Shown piece by piece: positions 1-8,871 of a DNA stretch of 64,000 bases (positions are counted from its first letter, which is position 1; each line of letters starts with the position of its first letter). The notes beneath the pieces are model-generated. The model saw nothing but the letters and a program-made list of their open reading frames with translations, ran no database searches and had not been told where the DNA came from. Source of the stretch: Tubulanus polymorphus (lineage: Eukaryota > Animalia > Nemertea); NCBI RefSeq assembly GCF_964204645.1, contig NC_134027.1, positions 16,152,485 to 16,216,484 on the forward strand, read 5' to 3'. The translations under genes and the position numbers were made by a program.

Positions 1-1524
1 TCGGTCGATGATAAAGCACCAAAGACACCTGAAACTGTAAATATTCGCCGTAGCGAACTTGAAGGAATGGAGCGAATTTGGTGTTCGTACCCAGGACTAA
101 ATGTGGTATCCAGAGTCGTACAAGCTAAAGTCATGGACACACATTTGCGACGTATATGTCATGTTAACGATTATTACTCCACTTTGAAAAAAGGAGAAGG
201 TAGACGTGATATCCTGTGTACAGTCAATTACAGAAAAGGCTGCCCATCACCGGTCGTTCAATTTTCAGTCACACGCGCAGTCGATCTCGGAACTTTGACT
301 GTCAACTGTAAACATCGGGAAGCGATACATAATTACGACACTTATTTAAAGCTAAAGGCCAAAACTCCCTATAATGTGGACAATTACTTTTGCTATAGAT
401 CAGACGACGACAATGGTATTAGTATAAGTCGAATAATGACAAATTATGAAATAACGAGCGGTGAAGCTAAATGTACGTACCATTTACCCAACGAACCGAG
501 ATTAGATCCAGGTAGTGGATTTTCATCAGCAGATCTACCCGGAGTCAACAGGTACGATAAAGTCAACAATCTACCAAGAGATTCTTGTATCGTATGGAAT
601 CCCCGAACAAATCACCCAATTATGTCAAGTAACCAATTCATAAACATGTATGCTGTAAATAAAAACTTACCCATCAACAAACAGGTGCACTCGCACACGG
701 AATCTACCAAGTCTGAAACGTTCGGAAAATTGATCACATCACCAAACGCTGGCATGCAAGTCGATTGTCTACTACCCGAAAAATTTAACAAAGACGGCTC
801 TGTTCCATGTACAGGAGATAATGTACCAAACGAACAAACACGAACATTGGTTGACGGAACAGCGATAAGTCTATACGCGGTCCTTCGAGTTGGTTCAAAC
901 GATGCCATACCCCCTATGGAACTCAAAATAGCCAGCATAGATCACTATGGCACAGATCAAAAATGCCAAGTCAATAAAGACCTACTAGAAGGTTACAACA
1001 TGACCGAAGTTGGCGATGTGGGATTATATTGTAGCAACGTACCCATGAAACACGACAACATCAACGTGATACTAAGTGTGCAAATTAGCGACAGACTCAG
1101 TAAGACTAAAATTTTCATGAACAATAAACGATATACGATTGGATATCAATGTATGATGGGTGAAGGAGCTAACAAAGTCGAGAGTAAAGAATTGACTTAT
1201 ACCACACTTTCGGTATACAACTCTAGAATTGAAAATTTGATCACGAAACATGAAATGAAACCAAACCCAGATTCTAAACTACCCCAGCCACATGGTAAAA
1301 CGACAGTTCCAAGATATGAACCCGCCAAACACAAACATGCCGGCATACATCATGGTGAGATTCCAGATTCGTCCAGCCGTGTTCATGCAAAAGATCATTC
1401 CGGACGCACAAGGAACATTATTATTATCGGTTCTTGCTTAGGCGGAGTTTTGTTGATTGCAACTGGTGGATTTGTGTTTTATATTGCGAGAAGAAATCGT
1501 AGAATGTCAAAATTGAACAAATAA
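1..1524 (+). CDS. Type I membrane glycoprotein, Cys-rich beta-rich (possibly Ig-like) ectodomain; 5'-partial
   Basis: Frame is open from base 1 through the 67..1524 ORF; C-terminal TM helix IIIIGSCLGGVLLIATGGFVFYI followed by basic stop-transfer RRNRR; NxT sequon (NMT); AATAAA overlaps the stop; no introns. Confidence 0.75.
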   Translation, partial: SVDDKAPKTPETVNIRRSELEGMERIWCSYPGLNVVSRVVQAKVMDTHLRRICHVNDYYSTLKKGEGRRDILCTVNYRKGCPSPVVQFSVTRAVDLGTLTVNCKHREAIHNYDTYLKLKAKTPYNVDNYFCYRSDDDNGISISRIMTNYEITSGEAKCTYHLPNEPRLDPGSGFSSADLPGVNRYDKVNNLPRDSCIVWNPRTNHPIMSSNQFINMYAVNKNLPINKQVHSHTESTKSETFGKLITSPNAGMQVDCLLPEKFNKDGSVPCTGDNVPNEQTRTLVDGTAISLYAVLRVGSNDAIPPMELKIASIDHYGTDQKCQVNKDLLEGYNMTEVGDVGLYCSNVPMKHDNINVILSVQISDRLSKTKIFMNNKRYTIGYQCMMGEGANKVESKELTYTTLSVYNSRIENLITKHEMKPNPDSKLPQPHGKTTVPRYEPAKHKHAGIHHGEIPDSSSRVHAKDHSGRTRNIIIIGSCLGGVLLIATGGFVFYIARRNRRMSKLNK

Positions 1525-1717
1525 ATAAATGAAATAATTGTATTTATAAATATGTTGTTATGGTTACTTTGTTATTGCACAAATTTACAAGTCCAGAACT
1601 GAAAATGTTACAAGTCCGAAAATAATTTCGTAACCCCAGCACAACTGTCCGCTTATTTCTCCTCTCGTATCCGTAACCTTAGTTCTCCTCTTGTAACCCG
1701 GTGAGAAATTAAGATGA

Positions 1718-2624
1718 ACGGGTGTGGACATTTCTCATAGTTAACTAAAAAGTCAAAGTAACCTCAAGGTTACCATGTAAAATTAACTTAACTTGAACTC
1801 TAAAACTGGGGTTGGAATTAACTTTTTGTTAACCGGAGGTTAACTTTTTTGTTAACTTCTGGTTAAGTGACTGAATGCAGATTCAGTGAATCATGTTGAG
1901 AACAAATTCCAGGAATCAGTTCTGAGATTTCCCCTGTACAAATTCATGCGGTTGTGGGAAAGCAATATGCTGTGCAGCAATATCCATAAAAAAGTTTGCC
2001 ACCTCCCTAGCATGGCCGATCACTGTTGGTTTAGCGTAGCCAACAGCATATCCCACTTGTCTATGGATTCCCCCAGATGCCAAATAATGCAAGAATGTTT
2101 TCACCATTTTGTTTGAAGCTACAACACTAGGCTCACCATTTCCTATATGGTTCTCAACTCTCCAGCGATGGAAGACATCCACAAGGTGGTCAAATTGTTC
2201 TCCATCCAAGCGCAAATGTCTTTCAATGGGTTCATCAGTATTAAGCTGCAGTCCTAATGTAGTTTTCTCTCCTTCTAAGAGCAAAAATCTGGACCATTGC
2301 CACATCAAACATGGCTAAAATCTCAACCTTCAGATTTGACCTCCCTCCTAGTTAACCAAAAGTTAACGACCAGGTCGTTAACAGATTATGTACATGGCTT
2401 GCAATGTATTTTTCATAACTTTGACAGATTTCCTGGATTTAACTTGACCAAAAGTTAACTTTCTGTCAGATAGACTAAACTATCAGTCAAATTAACCAAA
2501 CTGTGGAAGTTAACTTTTAGTTAACTGGCTGTTATGTCAAGAGGTCATTTCTGGGTGTTAAGTTAACTTTCTGTTAACTGCCATGGTTTACTTTTAGTTA
2601 ACTATGAGAAATGACCTCACCCGT
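1718..2624 (-). mobile_element. Internally deleted PIF/Harbinger DNA transposon
   Basis: 33-bp TIR ACGGGTG(T/A)GG(A/T)CATTTCTCATAGTTAACTAAAA at 1718-1750 and 2592-2624; many internal GTTAAC sites; encloses a transposase fragment. No clean TSD seen. Confidence 0.8.
1916..2308 (-). pseudogene. Harbinger (HARBI1-like) transposase N-terminal HTH fragment, DDE domain absent
   Basis: LRLDGEQFDHLV...TFLHYLASGGIHRQVGYAVGYAKPTVIGHAREVANFF...IAFP follows the Harbinger N-terminal pattern and ends where the catalytic domain would begin. Confidence 0.75.
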
Positions 2625-3374
2625 CTATTCCTGTTCTTTATTGACTTTACAATTTGGCATATGAGCCGCATACAAAAATTTCAAATGTTCTAGTTGTCCA
2701 TGAAGTGTTTCTACTTCATTTTTCAGATTTTCGTTTTCGGTAGTAAGTTTATCGCTCTTATCTTGTAGTTCATTCAATTTATCCACTTTTCGCTGTCGAC
2801 ATTTAGCCGCAGCTGCACGATTTCGTTCACGTCGATCAATATCCTTCTCCGTGTAAGTTTTTATCTTTCCGACAATGCGACGTTTAGCAGTTGGCAAATA
2901 GCCTGGATTATAGATTTCCTCTTCGGTTAAGGTCTTTTCTTTTTTAATACTAACGTCTACCACCGGCGATAGACTTGGCGGCTCCAATTCTGCTCGCGAA
3001 ACAGAACCACAAATTTTAACTTCCACCGGTTTATGTTGGTCAAGTGGTTGGCTCACATTATGTATATGTTTGTTCATGAAATCCGAGTAGGTTGGTGGTA
3101 ACCTTTCAAAATGTATTGGTGTGGGAATCGAACACGACTGACTTGGCTGTGGCTCTGTTGACATGGGTATTGTCGTTGGCACTGGAATTGGAAAATCGGT
3201 AGGCGGCGATTTTAACGTTTCCATTACTATGGGTGAATCCTCACGCTTTGGTGGTGTTTCCACACTTTGTTCTTTTGGTATTGTGTTCATTAAGACAGAG
3301 TCAACGTATTTGACCCACCTGTTTACGTCCATCTTTAACATAGAATGAAGGAAGGAGGAAGTAATCACATGCAC
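2625..3374 (-). CDS. Intronless AP-1 family (Fos/ATF-like) bZIP transcription factor with Pro-rich N-terminus
   Basis: Basic region RRERNRAAAAKCRQRK, leucine heptads, Fos-like tail LKFLYAAHMPNCKV. The true start may be a downstream Met. Confidence 0.88.
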   Translation of the reverse strand: MHVITSSFLHSMLKMDVNRWVKYVDSVLMNTIPKEQSVETPPKREDSPIVMETLKSPPTDFPIPVPTTIPMSTEPQPSQSCSIPTPIHFERLPPTYSDFMNKHIHNVSQPLDQHKPVEVKICGSVSRAELEPPSLSPVVDVSIKKEKTLTEEEIYNPGYLPTAKRRIVGKIKTYTEKDIDRRERNRAAAAKCRQRKVDKLNELQDKSDKLTTENENLKNEVETLHGQLEHLKFLYAAHMPNCKVNKEQE

Positions 3375-3506
3375 AAATACAAATAGTGTCCGAAAAAAAT
3401 TCTCCCCAACAGAAAAATCTCACCCGGAATTTTTCTAACATGTAACAAAAAATATATTATACAAGCCGGACTATTTGGACACAACATTTCAATTCTAACC
3501 ATCAAA

Positions 3507-6500
3507 ATGGATAGACTGCTCAAAGATGGTTTTTGCAATTGGATCAATAGTCAATGGTTATTTGACTTGAAAAGATCAGAAAGTCAATTTTGTATCGCTC
3601 AGAGAGATGTAGAGGAGGAAAAGTTTGAAAATGTCGTGAAAAGGTCTTTGGTGAAATTTCAACGAGACTTGGATATGCTTCTAGCATTCATCCACTTGGA
3701 TAAAATAGCCAATGCCAACCAATGGATGGTAGACTGTGTTGTAAAGGAGATCTTGGTATTGGAAGAAAATATCCAAGAGTTAATGGAAAAACGACAAAGT
3801 TTCAAAGTCTCCGATAAATTACCCTTGATGAGCCATTTCGAAAAATATCATTTTACAGACGATGGTGATAAACATCAATTGTTCGGTAGAATCGACAACC
3901 TGGACATTGAAAAACATCTGATTGCGCATTTGAGAAATCTGGCCATTTATATCATGAACTCTACCCAAAGTTTAATTTTACATTGCTACAAGAAAATATG
4001 GGTCGATGACATGCAACAAGATAGCGGGAAAATGAATGAGGACTACTATTGGGATGAAGACGAGTCTAACGAATTGTTTATTACCCCGCTGTCAAACAAC
4101 AACAAGGGAAGGTACTACGTGGTGTCTATAGCTCACATGCTGAGATGTTATATGGATACGTCGCCATCTGTCCAAGATTTAGGGAGTTATCTTCAAGTAG
4201 CAATGACTCCTAAATGGACTAACTTGTGCGATAATTTGTTGATAGACCGACTCTCATCTGTACCCTTCTCGATGTTGGATCAAAATGCGATCGATGTCAC
4301 AGACGGTGAAATAAAAAAGACCGATTTTATACCAGCAGTCCTTCTTTGGTTTAAAGACAAGTATGAAAATGACGATAGTACCCCAGCAAACGCGTTTAAT
4401 GAATTATCGAGAGAATTTGCCGACTTTAAAAAAAACAACCAAGCCCAATCGGTGTTGAACAACATAAGTCCGGGAGCGTTTGCCTACATGTACATGTCTG
4501 GCTTTATGCTACAGCGATTGGACGAATATGGGTGGATCAACATATTGAACGCAGATTACACCGAGTTACTCAGAGCTCTACGATCTGTTGAATTTACAGC
4601 CAAGTTTTGTGCCGAGTACAAGCACGGAGTTAGTTTTATCGACACAGGTAATCTGACTCTGCTCGGTGAACATCCTTCACTCGTTCAATCAATGATACCC
4701 CAACAGCAATATTTGCTCATGTGTGAAACAGTGAAAAATTTAGCAAATCGAAAAGCCAAACACGATCTGAAATGTCTACGGACTAGATGGATACCATCTT
4801 GGTGTGATGCGATGAAATCGTTGCACAACAAGGAACAAAATACCCCGGTCACCTGCATTTGTGACAACCAACCGTCTGAACCATCAGCGACACGCGAAAA
4901 AGAAATGCACAGCGATAACAGTGGATCGGTGTTATGTGGCTACATTAAAGATACAACAAGTCACATTCCGTACAATCAAAGAGTTAAAATGTTTCACAAA
5001 GACTCTACTTTGGCAAAATTTGCCAAGTGCCTTATGGGTACAATTGATGACACACGAAGTATCGACACATCTAATTTGACAGTAGGTGCCCTTTTGGACT
5101 TGTTGCATTTCTTTGGCTTGTGCAATTTTTGGAAGCGTAATTTTCTATGGTATCATGCATCGATATCTTTGCTGCAGATACTCGAAGGTCGAAACTTGGA
5201 CGGGGTCGATAGAATTGTGTTGACTCAGAATACAAGACAGAATGGTTGCGGTTCAAATGAAATCATTTTACCCTGGAATGTTTTTGTGGGTTGTCAACAC
5301 CCCAAAGACTCAATTACTAGATGCATACCCCCCGCGACAAAAACACAAAGTCCCATCGCCATCGACTTTCTCTATATTCCTTTGAACATATCCGATCTAC
5401 GCGCTCTATACGATTACGATAGCAGAGAGACTGGTGGGGAATATTTGAAAAAAATGACTGGTGTGGCCATGGACGGCGATCAACAAGGGCAGGTGAATGA
5501 AAAAGAATGTGCGATGGTAGAGTTTCTATCTAGAACCATAGAATATTGCATTCTATATGATAAGGAACTTGTCAGATCACCTATGGATGCGATAGAAAAT
5601 TTACTTTATCGTCTACACCCATTGGCTGATGATCACGAGACCAAGTCCAAATATACCACTCTTCAAACAGTAAGAACAGTGGGAAGACAAGATGTAACTT
5701 ATACCGATGACAGCGATGTGTCAGAAGGTGATGATAATAGAATAAACTTGTACTACAATTCCTACCCAAAATCACAAATTCAAATTCAACAGGACAATGA
5801 GGAAACTGTAGAAGGCGGTGGTGGTTACTTTTTCCACACGCTAGCTAGACCTGTATTAATTCTGTTGATGCAAGAAATACCCGATTCAAGATTTGTTGCA
5901 AGTTTGGTAAAAAAACTGACCCCGTATGTAGCAGGTATACAATCGACAAACACACACATGACAGAACAATTGAAAATTAACAACAGCGAAAATTTCCTAC
6001 AAATGATGCTGGACTTTGTCCACGGTACGAAAAAAGATGAACATTTATTCACCAACCCTAACTCACCAAGCGCTACTCTTACCCAATCAGGTCGTGTGTA
6101 CGAAAATGTAGTTGCAAACACAGTTGCGCACCATTTGGCTCCGATCATGGCTACTTGGACATATTACTTTTTACACGGACTTGGTAAAAAGTTCTGGTCC
6201 GCGGTGAGAACATGTGTAGAAAAATCTAGCGGCAACGCGGGATTAGGCGCGATTAACGACGTCAGTGTCCAAGAAAGTTATAACCTTGGCACGAAAGAAA
6301 AATGTACCCTAGATAAGTGTACGAATAAAAATGTTCTGTACTCTCGTGGAATAGGCATGGTGACAAATTTTCAATCTACACCGATCGAGACTTGTCCGTT
6401 TCATGATAGAGACAGTGGCATAATTCAATGTGGATTGCACAAGAAAATCGACCACTCTTACATGTTAAAAGGTAGGCTAATAGACGAAATGAAATTTGCA

Positions 6501-6596
6501 ACAAATGTCTGCACAAGAAACTTGGTCAAGGTTTACACAAAAATTTCTACATTAGAAATGATAGCCAGTACACAAGTGATTCTATGCGACTCCTAA
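3507..6596 (+). CDS. Large intronless hypothetical protein (1029 aa) with C-terminal Cys/His cluster
   Basis: Uninterrupted 3.1-kb ORF, divergent from the bZIP gene; CTLDKC...CPFH...CGLH near the C-terminus; family not recognised. Confidence 0.8.
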   Translation: MDRLLKDGFCNWINSQWLFDLKRSESQFCIAQRDVEEEKFENVVKRSLVKFQRDLDMLLAFIHLDKIANANQWMVDCVVKEILVLEENIQELMEKRQSFKVSDKLPLMSHFEKYHFTDDGDKHQLFGRIDNLDIEKHLIAHLRNLAIYIMNSTQSLILHCYKKIWVDDMQQDSGKMNEDYYWDEDESNELFITPLSNNNKGRYYVVSIAHMLRCYMDTSPSVQDLGSYLQVAMTPKWTNLCDNLLIDRLSSVPFSMLDQNAIDVTDGEIKKTDFIPAVLLWFKDKYENDDSTPANAFNELSREFADFKKNNQAQSVLNNISPGAFAYMYMSGFMLQRLDEYGWINILNADYTELLRALRSVEFTAKFCAEYKHGVSFIDTGNLTLLGEHPSLVQSMIPQQQYLLMCETVKNLANRKAKHDLKCLRTRWIPSWCDAMKSLHNKEQNTPVTCICDNQPSEPSATREKEMHSDNSGSVLCGYIKDTTSHIPYNQRVKMFHKDSTLAKFAKCLMGTIDDTRSIDTSNLTVGALLDLLHFFGLCNFWKRNFLWYHASISLLQILEGRNLDGVDRIVLTQNTRQNGCGSNEIILPWNVFVGCQHPKDSITRCIPPATKTQSPIAIDFLYIPLNISDLRALYDYDSRETGGEYLKKMTGVAMDGDQQGQVNEKECAMVEFLSRTIEYCILYDKELVRSPMDAIENLLYRLHPLADDHETKSKYTTLQTVRTVGRQDVTYTDDSDVSEGDDNRINLYYNSYPKSQIQIQQDNEETVEGGGGYFFHTLARPVLILLMQEIPDSRFVASLVKKLTPYVAGIQSTNTHMTEQLKINNSENFLQMMLDFVHGTKKDEHLFTNPNSPSATLTQSGRVYENVVANTVAHHLAPIMATWTYYFLHGLGKKFWSAVRTCVEKSSGNAGLGAINDVSVQESYNLGTKEKCTLDKCTNKNVLYSRGIGMVTNFQSTPIETCPFHDRDSGIIQCGLHKKIDHSYMLKGRLIDEMKFATNVCTRNLVKVYTKISTLEMIASTQVILCDS

Positions 6597-8585
6597 CTTC
6601 TTGCCATGGCAATCTAACCCAGCAAGCCGTTCTTAAATGGCTTACTCGTGAAAAGAAAACGAAGCAGCCGACTACAATTAAAGCATACATCTTCACCATC
6701 AAAAACCGGTTGATAAAGTTCATACGTTATGTGAGTATAAATTCGATTAACAATGCTTGTTACTGACCCGAAAGTGTATACTGATACTTCCTATTAACAG
6801 CACGGCGTGGAGAAATGTCGAATGACGGAGGTCGGGTTAAATCAAGTAATTGCGGAGTTAGATCGCATGTGTAAGTCCATGGGAAAAGAATATAAGAGGC
6901 GGCTCTATGAGGTTCATGATGCGCAGCGAGGTGAGTTTTCATGCTAGATATATAGTGCTTTCGAACGAATATAAATCTTTCATACAAATAACCTTTTTCT
7001 ATACCCATGAAGGCCACCTTCTTGACGCCGCTGATATTAAAAAGATTTTGCAATGCGAAATTTCGGACACTGCTGTCAAACTCTTAACCGCCGAGAATTA
7101 TGGAGTAACTCCAGAAGAGTACCGTCTCGTGAGGAACTTTCTATTGTTCGCCGTAACAATGTTGGGGGCTAGCCGACCCTCGCTTACAGTCGGTATTACA
7201 TACAACAGGATTAAACGCGCGAAATTCGAAGAATCAACAGGGCTGCATACCATCAAGGTTGTTATGCATAAAACTACGTCAACACATGGTGCTGGATATA
7301 TCCACTTAGAGCGAGTCCCGTTTACCTATCTTGAGACATTTGCGAGGAGATTTTGCAGGGATAAACCCGATGCTACTATATGGCGCATGACGGTACTCTC
7401 CTTCCACCGAATTATCTGAACAAGTATGTACATGAATTATCGTTAAACTTTGTATCAACACATTATAGTTGCACATGAATTATCGTTAAACTTTGTATCG
7501 ACACATTATAGTTGCACATAAATTATCGTTAAACGTTGTATCAACACATTATAGTTGCACATGAATTATCGTTAAACTTTGTATCGACACATTATAGTTG
7601 CGCATGAAGTATCGTTAAACTTTGTACTCCGTCACTACCCCAACAAGTATGGACCCATTTAAATCATTGTAGAGCATGAACTAAAATATTGTTTTTCAGA
7701 CCATTACGAGCGTTTGTTCAGCTTACAATACCGGACAAGCACGTGACACCAACGCTTCTTCGAAAATCGATAATGACTGCTATGAGTGATAGCGACGACA
7801 AAAGCCTAAAACATTTGGCCCGGTACATGCTTCACAATCCAACCACAGCCCAGCGCTACTACGACCTGGACAAAGGACCTCAAAAAACGATGGACGTCAG
7901 AAAAACCTTCCACAAATCCCTAGCGGTATGTACAAGTATAGAGACTTTGTGTAATTCAGTTGGTTCACCCATCTATACCATGTTTTTCTTGTAGATGGGC
8001 TCCGGCGTTTTTACAGCAGGACCGTCGTGTTCGCAGCCAGCTCCATTGGCAGAGCCAGCTCCATTGGCAGAGCCTCAGGCGAGTTCGCAGCCGGCTCCAT
8101 TGGCAGAGCCTCAGCCAACAACGAATAATTCTGACTCAGCACCTGAACCAATGGAGGCAGAGACTTCACCTCCACAAGATGTAAGAACGTTAACATTTCT
8201 ATTCCACATGATTCACAGTTCACAATAATCATTCATGTTACTGTCCTTTTCAGCATAATTCAAGTGATGATGAGCGTGGAGAAAGGCCGGTAGATATTCC
8301 TGTAAGTTCATCCACATAGGTTTCACTGAGTTCACTGTTTCCAACTAGTTTCTACATCATGATTCATCCGTATTTGTTCTTCTCTTATAGTCCATGCCCT
8401 GTCGAAAAAGAAAAAGATACAGCGACGAGGAAAAGAATCAAATCGCGAGTGCCTTCCGCTACTATGTACCAGCAGAAAAAATTCGAAAAATTGCCCGTAA
8501 GAACGAAGACATAAAGAAAATCATCAAGGCTTACCCAAACGGCGTCGAAAAGCTCAGACAATATTTGAGAAATTTCGATAAATAG
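6584..8585 (+). CDS. Seven-exon tyrosine recombinase/integrase with one apparent frameshift near 7365-7380
   Basis: Exons 6584-6730, 6801-6930, 7013-7423, 7700-7925, 7995-8180, 8254-8301, 8391-8585 have GT-AG ends and matching phases once one frameshift in exon 3 is allowed. Catalytic pattern GASRPS (R), HKT (K), TLLRK (R), MLH (H), TAQRYY (Y); C-terminal basic helical domain RKRKRYSDEEK. Confidence 0.82.
7431..7625 (+). repeat. 43-bp tandem repeat, about 4.5 copies, in recombinase intron 3
   Basis: Unit CATGAATTATCGTTAAACTTTGTATC(A/G)ACACATTATAGTTGCA at 7431, 7474, 7517, 7560 and 7603 (partial). Confidence 0.95.
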
Positions 8586-8798
8586 ATTTTCAATTCTGTG
8601 GAATTTCGTTTCGTTAAATATACCTTCGATTAGAATAGAATTTAATTCTTACCATATTTATTCTTGTGGTTGACGAGGAGTATAATTCATGCGAGGAAGG
8701 ACGAGGATGCATCAGGAGACTTAGTATTTATTAAGGATGACTTGGTGAAGAGGATCGCATGCGAAAACAAGATCCACTACAAAGAGAAGAAAGCTTGT

Positions 8799-8871
8799 AA
8801 AAAAAGTATTATTTTGGGATTCGAACCTGATTGCCTTAAGCATGACCCTATCACTTTGGCTTATGGGCACG
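8799..8871 (-). ncRNA. Putative tRNA-like Pol III small RNA, copy 1
   Basis: Minus strand: A-box-like TAAGCCAAAGTG, B-box GGTTCGAATCC, then a T7 terminator. Confidence 0.45.

Noticed and set aside
7431-7625. 43-bp array as CRISPR or coding repeat
   Set aside because: No spacers; lies inside a GT-AG intron.
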